Shown: piece after piece, positions 8,591 through 17,200 of the stretch | How positions within the stretch are numbered: the stretch's first letter is position 1 | Layout: each line of letters starts with the position of its first letter | Origin: a virus | Lineage: Duplodnaviria > Caudoviricetes | Reading direction: 5' to 3' (one strand) | IMG/VR virus record: IMGVR_UViG_3300005529_000039 | Coordinates: 1-61,333 of that record | Length of the DNA: 61,333 nt | Notes under the pieces: generated by a model | Seen by the model: only the letters and a program-made list of their open reading frames with translations | The model's database searches: none | Told to the model about the DNA's origin: nothing | Position numbers and translations under genes: made by a program

Positions 8591-9325
8591 TTGAGCTGGA
8601 AAGCCACGGCTTACGTGAAGGAGATCACGGAGAATATTTCTCCGTCTGAAAAGCTTTTATTGTTTGTGTTGGCTGACTACCACAACACCGCAAAGGCGGT
8701 ATGTTGGCCAAGCTTGCCGACGTTGGCGCGCGAAGCCTTAATGTCGGAGCGCCAAGCGACTCGCATCCTCGGCCAACTAGAGGGGAAGAACTTACTCCGA
8801 AGGGTTCGCCCACGGGGTGGTCATCAGACCACACTATACCAATTTGTAGCTCTTGATCAGGGTAGCCAAAATGTCATCCCTGTAAATGATTTAGGGGTGA
8901 CACCGGGCCGACGTAATAGTGTCACCTCTGCAGGCTCTAGGGATGACATCAGGGATGACAAATCACTACCCGCAATAAGGAAGAACGGGTTAGAACCGGT
9001 AAATACAAATATAACCGGTAGCGCTTCCGCGCCTGCCGCACGAGCTCGACGCCTCCCGCCTGAATTTTCACCCAACCTTGAACACCATCGCATTGCCAAA
9101 GAAGTCGGAGTAAATATTCGGATCGAATTGGAAAAGTTCCGCGATCACTTTCTCGCGGCTCCAGGTCAACGCGGAGTGAAAGTCGATTGGGACGCGACGT
9201 TCAGAAACTGGCTGCGGAACGCGCCAATCGTGAGCTACGGAGTGAACAGGAATGGGCAAAGACGTAACGAACAAAGCAATGAGGCCATTGAGCGAGCGTT
9301 TAGCGAGTCTGCTGAAGAGGCTTAA
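8591..9325 (+). CDS. Phage replication initiator (N-terminal wHTH, C-terminal DW.ATFRNW domain)
   Basis: EKLLLFVLADY..CWPSLPTLARE..SER and DWDATFRNW, plus internal iterons. ORF is open from 8510. Confidence 0.85.
   Translation: MSWKATAYVKEITENISPSEKLLLFVLADYHNTAKAVCWPSLPTLAREALMSERQATRILGQLEGKNLLRRVRPRGGHQTTLYQFVALDQGSQNVIPVNDLGVTPGRRNSVTSAGSRDDIRDDKSLPAIRKNGLEPVNTNITGSASAPAARARRLPPEFSPNLEHHRIAKEVGVNIRIELEKFRDHFLAAPGQRGVKVDWDATFRNWLRNAPIVSYGVNRNGQRRNEQSNEAIERAFSESAEEA
8872..8960. repeat. Iterons, probable phage origin
   Basis: Five GRGRTGACA copies in both orientations inside the initiator gene. Confidence 0.65.
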
Positions 9326-9632
9326 GGCAGCATATCCGCTGATGGTGATGGAAGAAGGCACGGCGCGGGAGTATAAGCGCGTACTGACTGACATGGTCGG
9401 CGAATTTGGATATGAGCGGACCGAGAAGGCGGTGGATCGGGCGATTGACGGCTGCGAATTCTTTCCCACGGCCAAGGCCTTGCGCGATCATGTGCCAATA
9501 GCGACCAAAACTAAATCCGAAAGCGATCCCAATTGTCAGCGGTGCGGAGGGAGCGGTTGGCGCCAGCAATCAGAAACTGACCGGAGGGTGGTTCGTTGCG
9601 AGTGCCGGCGGATAGTCGAAGTCGCAATGTGA
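9252..9632 (+). CDS. Helicase loader/inhibitor-like protein with C-terminal Zn finger
   Basis: Follows the initiator. FFPT motif, CQRCGGSGW..RCEC. Confidence 0.65.
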   Translation: MGKDVTNKAMRPLSERLASLLKRLKAAYPLMVMEEGTAREYKRVLTDMVGEFGYERTEKAVDRAIDGCEFFPTAKALRDHVPIATKTKSESDPNCQRCGGSGWRQQSETDRRVVRCECRRIVEVAM

Positions 9633-9685
9633 TGAACTGGCAATAAGCGCAGTCTGAGTTTCAAGGCGCGAGAGAGGGTGGAGCG

Positions 9686-10579
9686 ATGAACACCACGACG
9701 ATAGAGTGGGTACAGCGACCAGGCACCAAAGGTTTCACATGGAACCCGATTCGCGCGCGGCTCGTGAAAGATGGTCGTCCGCGCACTGGCACGCAATCCA
9801 ACGGTAAGTCGGTTCACAGCGGCACGTTCTGCACCCGCATCTCGCCGGGCTGCAAGAACTGCTATGCCTCGGTGATCAACAAGCGCTTTGGGACGGGCTT
9901 GCCGTTCGAAGTTCCACACCTCGCAGAGCACGAGTTTTTCATCGACCAGCGCATTCTCGAGGAGCCACTGAGGCGCAAGAAGCCAGCGACGATATTCGTG
10001 GGCGACATGTTCGACCTGTTTCATGAAGCTATTACCAATGAACTAATTGCCGAGGTCTTTCACGTAATCGCGAGATCACAGCAGCACGTGTTTCAGGTAC
10101 TGACCAAGCGCACGGACAGAATGCATGACTGGATGGCGATTGCGGCGAGTGGCGTAAATATCCCGAGTATCAGAATCAAACTGCAGTTCCACTGGCCTAT
10201 GTCGCACGTTTGGATTGGAACCTCAGTCGAATCGCAGAAGTACGCCGATGAACGTATCCCGCTGTTGCTAAACACGCCAGCAGCGGTGAGATTTCTGAGC
10301 GTGGAACCGCTCCTGGAACGTGTCGACTTAACCCCGTTTCTTCGAGGCATTGACTGGGTGATCTGCGGTGGAGAGAGCGGACCTGGTGCGCGGCAATTCA
10401 ACATCAAGTGGGCTACTGACCTGATGAAGCAGTGCTCCGAACAGGGAGCGAAGTTCTTTATGAAGCAGGTGGGATCTAACTGCTGGCTTGGACAGTTCCC
10501 AGTTTATTCAGTTACACGCAAAGGCGGAAAGATGGACGACTGGCCAGTGTGGCTTCGGGTGCGGGAGTTTCCCGCATGA
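9686..10579 (+). CDS. Gp37/Gp68 family (DUF5131) protein
   Basis: IEW..TWNP..CTRISPGCKNCYA..DLFH..QVLTKR..GTSVE..FLSVEPLL..WVICGGESGPGAR..FFMKQ. Confidence 0.92.
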   Translation: MNTTTIEWVQRPGTKGFTWNPIRARLVKDGRPRTGTQSNGKSVHSGTFCTRISPGCKNCYASVINKRFGTGLPFEVPHLAEHEFFIDQRILEEPLRRKKPATIFVGDMFDLFHEAITNELIAEVFHVIARSQQHVFQVLTKRTDRMHDWMAIAASGVNIPSIRIKLQFHWPMSHVWIGTSVESQKYADERIPLLLNTPAAVRFLSVEPLLERVDLTPFLRGIDWVICGGESGPGARQFNIKWATDLMKQCSEQGAKFFMKQVGSNCWLGQFPVYSVTRKGGKMDDWPVWLRVREFPA

Positions 10580-10728
10580 AAATCACGATCGTCAATGAAC
10601 ACGGCCGCTGCCTGCTGCGTTGTGACACCTGCTCTGCTGGCACATATTCGATGGACGTTTCACGCGGAGAACTTTGGGGCCTGCTTGGCAGACTGATCTG
10701 GTTCCTGTTTGTCAAGGGTCTGGACTGA
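10576..10728 (+). CDS. Hypothetical protein, 50 aa
   Basis: Coupled start and stop on both sides. Confidence 0.45.
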   Translation: MKITIVNEHGRCLLRCDTCSAGTYSMDVSRGELWGLLGRLIWFLFVKGLD

Positions 10729-10967
10729 TGAAGTGCTCTAACCAAACCTGTACTCGTCCCCGATTTCCTGGGCGCACCAAATGCAGACCGTGCTTGCTTT
10801 CTGGTTCCCGTTATATGGCCAGGAAACGCAGACTCACGCTCCGCCAGATAGGTGAACTGGCGAAAGTTGCAAAGCATGCTTCCGAGTTCTTAAAGGCGCA
10901 GCGTGGTTTCATCGCACCAAGAATAGGCGACCAACTGGAAGCGGCTTTAGAACCATTTGGCAAATGA
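10728..10967 (+). CDS. Cys-rich hypothetical protein
   Basis: MKCSNQTC..KCRPC. Confidence 0.55.
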   Translation: MKCSNQTCTRPRFPGRTKCRPCLLSGSRYMARKRRLTLRQIGELAKVAKHASEFLKAQRGFIAPRIGDQLEAALEPFGK

Positions 10968-11227
10968 AATCGGCCACACTCAAGCCGGAGCAGATCGCGG
11001 ACCTGGTGAACTATGTGCTCGGCTTACCTAGGCGAAACGAGCACGGCAAAGTAATTCAGGAAGCTATTCCGGTGTTTGTGGTTCGGGTGTGGGCGTGGAA
11101 GCGGGAGCGGAGAGCGGTGGAGTGCTGGTGCAATGCAGCGTTGATTGAGGCCCACGTAATTCCCAAACGCCGCGGAAAGTGGCAGGTTGGTATGCCCGCG
11201 GTGCTTGAGCGATGGAGAGAAAAGTAA
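10964..11227 (+). CDS. Hypothetical protein
   Basis: ATGA overlap with the previous gene. Confidence 0.6.
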   Translation: MKSATLKPEQIADLVNYVLGLPRRNEHGKVIQEAIPVFVVRVWAWKRERRAVECWCNAALIEAHVIPKRRGKWQVGMPAVLERWREK

Positions 11228-11578
11228 GTGATTGTCTACGACGAAAACATGGTGCAGATTCGCTGCGGGGATTCGCGGGATCTGTTACGCGAGTTGCCTT
11301 CGGAATCCGTTCACTGTGTCGTGACCTCGCCGCCGTACTGGCGATTGCGGGATTACGGATGCGAAGGCCAGATCGGGCTGGAATCGACGCCTTACGAGTA
11401 CATCTCCACCATGCGGGAAGTGTTCGCGGAAGTTCGGCGGGTTTTACGGGCGGACGGAACGCTGTGGCTGAATATGGGAGACAGCTACAACGCGCATCCG
11501 GGACAACGAACCGTTCACGATAAAGTGCGTTCCACGCGAAATTTCCGCGCGCAGCGCTTTTTAAGGCGCGACTTGTGA
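11228..11578 (+). pseudogene. Truncated N4-C/N6-A DNA methyltransferase (beta class)
   Basis: GDSR..SVHCVVTSPPY..LRDY..QIGLE..LWLNMGDSY, then ends with no SAM-binding DPFxGxG. Confidence 0.75.
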
Positions 11579-11611
11579 GTTGGTGCCCACATTTCAACAC
11601 CTGAATTGTTA

Positions 11612-11640
11612 TTGACAACTCTGCTTAGTTGTCGTACACG
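11612..11640 (+). promoter_or_regulatory. Rightward (late) promoter with palindromic operator
   Basis: TTGACA at 11612 and GACAAC-N8-GTTGTC at 11614-11633. Confidence 0.65.
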
Positions 11641-11852
11641 TATTCCTGTATCCATCTCCTACATGTGAGACGTGCGGCCAGCATGCAGATTCGGTCTCTG
11701 CTGGCCGTGCGGACTTAGCCTTCCGATTCGCGTTGGGAGCTAAGCACGGTACCGCAGCCGTGTGGAAAAGAAGCGCGGTTTAAACCGAATCGCTTTCCAG
11801 CCGCAGTGTCTCTAGCTGCCATCCAGCCTACTTTCCTTCCCAGAGGTTGCCA

Positions 11853-12284
11853 ATGAGACTCACTGTCTGCCATCTGACCAAACGCGAAGCCCGCCGAGCA
11901 GAGCACTGCGACCGAAAGCCCAACTGTGGACACCACGAGCATATTCCCTTGGAGAAAGCCTTCCAGTTGGTGCGCGAGCAAAAGGCACGCTGGGTCAAGG
12001 CGGGATGGTCGATTGTCTGCGAGGTGGTGCACTGGGTAGCGAAACGCTCGGGCAGCGTCAAGGTCATGCAGTTAGTCAGCGGTGATGTTCAAGGAAGCCG
12101 CAGCGCGCATTATCCGGTTCCGGCGCATGGAGCGCGAGGACGCGACACCAAAGTCGCGCAGGTAAATGGCGTACAGCAGCAGGTACCAGGTACCGACAAG
12201 TTTTTGTGGTTGCAGTCAAATTCGGCGCTAAATGCGGGAAAGGAGGTCGCGGAGAATCGCCAGAGCCATTGTCCGGTCTTTTGA
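11853..12284 (+). CDS. Hypothetical protein
   Basis: GAGGT RBS and a protein-like N-terminal half. Confidence 0.5.
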   Translation: MRLTVCHLTKREARRAEHCDRKPNCGHHEHIPLEKAFQLVREQKARWVKAGWSIVCEVVHWVAKRSGSVKVMQLVSGDVQGSRSAHYPVPAHGARGRDTKVAQVNGVQQQVPGTDKFLWLQSNSALNAGKEVAENRQSHCPVF

Positions 12285-12317
12285 GATCGGCCAATGAGTC
12301 GGGGCGACCGACGCGGG

Positions 12318-12557
12318 TTTGGTCACAGAAAGCCGACGTACAGGTTGGACGACTAGCCTGATCCCAAAAAGTCGATCTAGGGATGCGCGACCGCAATATG
12401 GCGCGAAGCCGCGAAAGTTCGAAGGTTCGGCAGGGTGGTCCGGCCACCCCACCAGCTGAATATCGGCGGAAACTGAGGGCCGAACGATCCGTCCGATTTG
12501 AGGACTGGCACAAAGGGCAAGTAGCGACGAAAGGTTGCGGCTCAACCTGTGACCAAA
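12318..12557 (+). ncRNA. Candidate multibranch structured RNA
   Basis: Closing stems TTTGGTCACAG/CTGTGACCAAA and AGCCG/CGGCT enclose about 8 short hairpins. Strand inferred from context. Confidence 0.55.
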
Positions 12558-12574
12558 GATTACCAGAAATATAA

Positions 12575-14287
12575 GTGAAGAAACTTACCCTCCTATCTGT
12601 CCTGTTTTGTTCTTCCCTGTTCCTCCATGCCCAAGTTGTCCCTGTAACCGCGCAATTAGTCGACGGATCAGGTGCAGCTTCGCTGACTTCCTTCCTGCGC
12701 TTCCAGCTTTTTAACTGTGGCAGCAATCTTCCCACCTTGGCCAGTTCCTCGCTGGTAGTGATCAAACAGCAATTTGATCTCAAGCCTGATCCGGTAACCG
12801 GCATCATCACGGGCGACGTAGTCCCGAACGACAAGATCCTCTGCGGCGGAGTGGCGTCAACCTTGTGGACGGTGACGCCCATGAAAGACGCGCTCACGCC
12901 CATGCAGCCCAGCCAGCAGTACGACATCCTGTCCAATGCTGGCACCTTCAATCTCGCGACTGCGATGCCGAGCAATACCGCGCTGGCCGCGCCGGGATTC
13001 GTAATTATCTTCGGCAATCCCACGCAGAGTCAGACGCTCAATCAGCCGGTCGGTACAAAGCTTACTTTCCTGGGTACTTACGATTTCACCCAAGCGACGG
13101 TATTGGGACTCGCGACCAGCGGTGGCAGCGGTGGCGGCCCGTTTGGCACCGTGCCCTGCATTGCCTACTACACCGGTAGCGGCAACTCCTGCGATACCCA
13201 CGCCACACTCGATGGCTTAGGTAATGGAATCTTCAACTCGCTGACGGTAAATGGGGTCGGACTGCAGTCGGTATTGACGCTTGGGGACAACACCTCGCTG
13301 ACCGCGCCCCCGACTGGAACGCTGCTCATTGGTTCACTCAATGGCAGGCCGCAGGCGCTGTTTGGGAATTTGAACTATGGCATGATCGAAACCAGCGACC
13401 AGGAGGGCATCGCGAACGGGATCGCTGGACTGGATGGCAGTGCTTTATTGCCACTTTCGCAGTTAGTTTCAAACCCCGCTTCCTGTAACGGCAGCACCCT
13501 GATCAAAGGCGACCGCACTTGCGGGAGTTCGGGAAGCTCGCCGAGCGTGGTCTCGGTAACCACCAGCACCACATTAGGAGCTTCGAGCGATGGCGCGTTG
13601 GTATTAGCGACCTGTTCGTCGGCCTGCACGATCACGCTGTGGGCAAGCCCGACGAACGGCTACAAAACCACCATTCTCTCGATTGGTTCTTCCACGCCCA
13701 CCATTGCGCTGAATGGCCTGCAATATAACGGCGCGTCCCTGGTTCCAGTGATTTTGCCGGATGTAGCGCTGCCCATCAACTCAAATGGCACTGCATACTT
13801 TGGCAGCGTGCCTTTTACCGCGGGTGCTGGCGTTAGCCTGACCTCTTCCACTAATGGGCTGCAAATCTCCGCCTCAGGCGGTGGCTCAGGCGCGACCATC
13901 ATGCCGTTCACCACTGGCGGCTCGAACGTTTCAAACTCTGCTGTCTCGTTCGTGGGACCAGCAAACGTAAATAGCGCCGAACCGCAGACTCAGTGGCCAG
14001 TGGCCCGCGCGGGCACGGTATCGAACCTACAGTGCCGGATCAATCAGACGATGTCCGGCTCGATGCAGTATACGGTCGTGGTCATGCACGGCCTGGCCTC
14101 GACTAACTCAGCAATCACCACTTCTGCGACCGCGATCACTTGCACCCTGAATAGCACCAACTCTCGCGGCTGCAATGACACCACGCACAGCTTCACGGTT
14201 GCCGCTGGCGACGTACTTGACCTGCAGAGCACGCCAGCCAACACTCCGACGGCCACGAACCTGATCTGCTCGCTACAGCTTCTGTGA
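12575..14287 (+). CDS. Fibre-like protein with signal peptide
   Basis: MKKLTLLSVLFCSSLFLHA-Q, G/S/T-rich, fibre motif GIANGIAGLDGSA. Confidence 0.8.
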   Translation: MKKLTLLSVLFCSSLFLHAQVVPVTAQLVDGSGAASLTSFLRFQLFNCGSNLPTLASSSLVVIKQQFDLKPDPVTGIITGDVVPNDKILCGGVASTLWTVTPMKDALTPMQPSQQYDILSNAGTFNLATAMPSNTALAAPGFVIIFGNPTQSQTLNQPVGTKLTFLGTYDFTQATVLGLATSGGSGGGPFGTVPCIAYYTGSGNSCDTHATLDGLGNGIFNSLTVNGVGLQSVLTLGDNTSLTAPPTGTLLIGSLNGRPQALFGNLNYGMIETSDQEGIANGIAGLDGSALLPLSQLVSNPASCNGSTLIKGDRTCGSSGSSPSVVSVTTSTTLGASSDGALVLATCSSACTITLWASPTNGYKTTILSIGSSTPTIALNGLQYNGASLVPVILPDVALPINSNGTAYFGSVPFTAGAGVSLTSSTNGLQISASGGGSGATIMPFTTGGSNVSNSAVSFVGPANVNSAEPQTQWPVARAGTVSNLQCRINQTMSGSMQYTVVVMHGLASTNSAITTSATAITCTLNSTNSRGCNDTTHSFTVAAGDVLDLQSTPANTPTATNLICSLQLL

Positions 14288-17200
14288 GAAAGCAACTACT
14301 CATACTTGGGCTGCTTTTTGCGCCGGTGTTTGCCTTGGCGCAGTCTGCCTGCGAAGTGTCAGTAACGGGCTCGGCGAAGCTTGCGGGATCCTCGGCCAAG
14401 TTCTGCACTACTGCGGTTCTTTTGCAATCGATTGCTGTCTCCCCGCAATCGCAAACCGTAGTGCAAGGTAATTCTGGAACCTTCACTGCCACCGGCACAT
14501 TCAACGATGGCTCACAATCAGATGTCACCAGCCTTGCGAATTGGACCAGTTCCGATCTGACCATCGCGACCGTTGGCTTGGCCAATAATCCACAGCCATT
14601 CGGCTGCGTGCTAACAAACTCAGGTACGGTAACGGTCACTGCAACTGTTGGGGCAATCTCGGGAACGGCGACACTGAATTGCGTACCCGCACCGACGATT
14701 ACCACCTCTTCGCTGCCTTCGGCCACGGTCGGAGCTCCTTATAACGCTAACCTGAATGCCTCGAGCGGCACCTTGCCCTACAGTTGGGCAATTACCTCAG
14801 GAACGCTTCCCTCGGGCCTCTCGCTCAATAGCGCCTCGCCTACCGCAACTATTACGGGGACGCCGACCGTAGCAGGCATTTCTGTATTCACGGTCACGGT
14901 CACCGATGCAGCTTCCCACTCCGGATCGAAACTATTCACCATCAACGTTGCTTCCGGAGCTACCAGCCAGACTCCAGTTTTGCCGCAGCGCTGGGCGAAC
15001 GCGCGCGAGTGTTACGAAAGTTCTCCGGGCACGCCGATTACCTTCAACAACACGTTCCTGTTGACCAGTTCGTGGAGTTGCCACGGCACCAGCAAGGGAC
15101 CGTATGCGAATTCACTCGCCGGACTAAACTCCGCGATCGTCGATACCGAAGCTTGCCGCACGTCCTTCAATGACTCCTCGCACATCATGGTGCCGCACGG
15201 GTCGCTGTGGTCGCAGAACATCGGCACCCTGGGTTACGTCAACCTGAAGCAAACGAGCGGCGATAATTCGAGTTCCTGCATCTGGATCAGCTCCGATAAT
15301 CCTTTGCCTGACGCCGATCCCGCGACTGGACTGCCGCGCGATCAGATGTTTGGCACCTACAACATCGCTTCGTCCAATGGCGATGTGTGCTCGACTTCGA
15401 ACGGCACGACCGTTTGCACGGTAACCTTCATGAACCCGGCCGCGGTTGCGCCGGCAGTCGGCGATCTGGCATCGCTCTGGAACACCGATGATCATAACTA
15501 CACCGGACAATTTACCGTCTGTGGGCCGCCAACCTGCTCCTCTCCTTCGACCACAGGATTCCAGTACATCCAGCCCGAAGACCTGATGAGCTGGGTGGTG
15601 GCGAACTTTTCAACCCGCACCACCAAGCACCTTACCGGAGGATCAAATCCTAATTACGGCTTTGTTGACACCGATGGCCAGAAATTCTGGGAGATCAAGT
15701 CTGCCACCGGCAATCCATGGGACTTAAATCTTTACGACTATCGCGGCATCTACCACTACATCACCGAGGACGGGGACACGGTCGACCAAGCGACCTGCCA
15801 AGCCAATGGCTTCTCTTCCTGCTTCGTCGATCCAAACGCCTACAAGCGGCAGACGACGCCCGGTGGCGTGCAAGTCATGCCACGCTTCTTCATTCCTGGG
15901 TCCACCATCACCATCGACACGCCCGGTCCGAATACCTTCATTCGCACCACCAACTGCGAACTGCCAGGAACAACTGCCAGCGTAAATCTTGGCCCCGTGC
16001 ACACTGTGACCTCCGGCCCCACCATGATCAATTGGGGTGGATCGATCGGGCTTGCTCCGACCATTGAAAACGATTACGAGTACACGCTCTCAAATGGCGT
16101 CTACCAAAACAAAGAAGTGTTCCAGTACGTAAAGAACCACGGCCTCATGTCGTGGACGCTCTATGCCTGGAACGGCACCACCTACGTTCAGCAGCAGCAA
16201 AACACTCACACCACGGAATCAGCCGGCGGCGCTCCACTGCCTAACTTTCCCTGCTTCGGTCAAACTCCTAATTGGGTCGGTGGCCAGCCTGGACTTGGTG
16301 GCAATGCGAACCTGCCCTTGGTACCTGCGATTGGCTCAGGAACGCAGAATGGCGTCGTGATGTCTTTGCAGCGCCAGGATGCAATTCAACAGATTGCAGC
16401 CTCGGGCTGTGGAACTACCGGAGCGGTCTGCACGCTAACCATCGACTTTGCCTCGAATCCAAACTTTGCAGCCAATGATCGTTTCGAGATTGTGGATTCG
16501 GTTTGCTCTGGGTGCATCACGCTTGATCCAAACGCCTTTAACACGACTTGGTACGTGGCCTCAGTCACATCGAATACCAATTGTGCGACCTGCCGCATCA
16601 CGGTCAATACCTATACCGAAGCCTTCGGAAACACTGCAACCGCATCGAATGGAACCGCGCTGCACTTTAATCACATCATCGCGGACCAGACGGCGAATAA
16701 CCTGTGGACGATTCAGACCACTGGCGGATCAGGCGACATCGTCTTTGGAGACACCAACAACTTCCATAACTATTTTCTCTCTGACGCGGAACTGCGGACC
16801 GCGAGCACCAACACTGCAGTTACCTTTGTGGCCGTGCAGCTTTCGCCGAATGGCGAAGCACAGACTCCGGTCCCGGCCATGTCAGTCGCGAACTGCAACG
16901 GGACGCCAGGGGTGACCAATTGCGACAACCCCAGCCATGTTTACCTCGACCACGTCTATATTCACGGCTACTCGTTTCCGACCGTAGCGCGCACAGCGTC
17001 TGGCATTGGCATTGGGGTAAAGCTTGACTGCTCTTATTGTGGAGTAACGAACTCACGCATCAGCGACGTGCACCAGGACGGCGCCGAGTCGCACGGTATC
17101 TCTGGCAACTCCGGTGCCGGGCCATTCAAGATTGTCGATAACTACATCGAGGGCACGGCGGAAAATATCTTCTTCTCCTACCTGCCAGTCGTGTCTGGAC

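Noticed and set aside
12318-12557. Hammerhead ribozyme or group I/II intron
   Set aside because: No CTGATGA/GAAA core arrangement or intron boundary motifs found
12383-12574. 63 aa ORF across the structured region
   Set aside because: Not protein-like. RNA structure explains the sequence better, though it is not formally excluded.
12076-13023. 315 aa minus-strand ORF and other long antisense ORFs (29662-30444, 41092-41916, 45497-46396, 53155-54069)
   Set aside because: Shadows of GC-rich sense genes with no motifs
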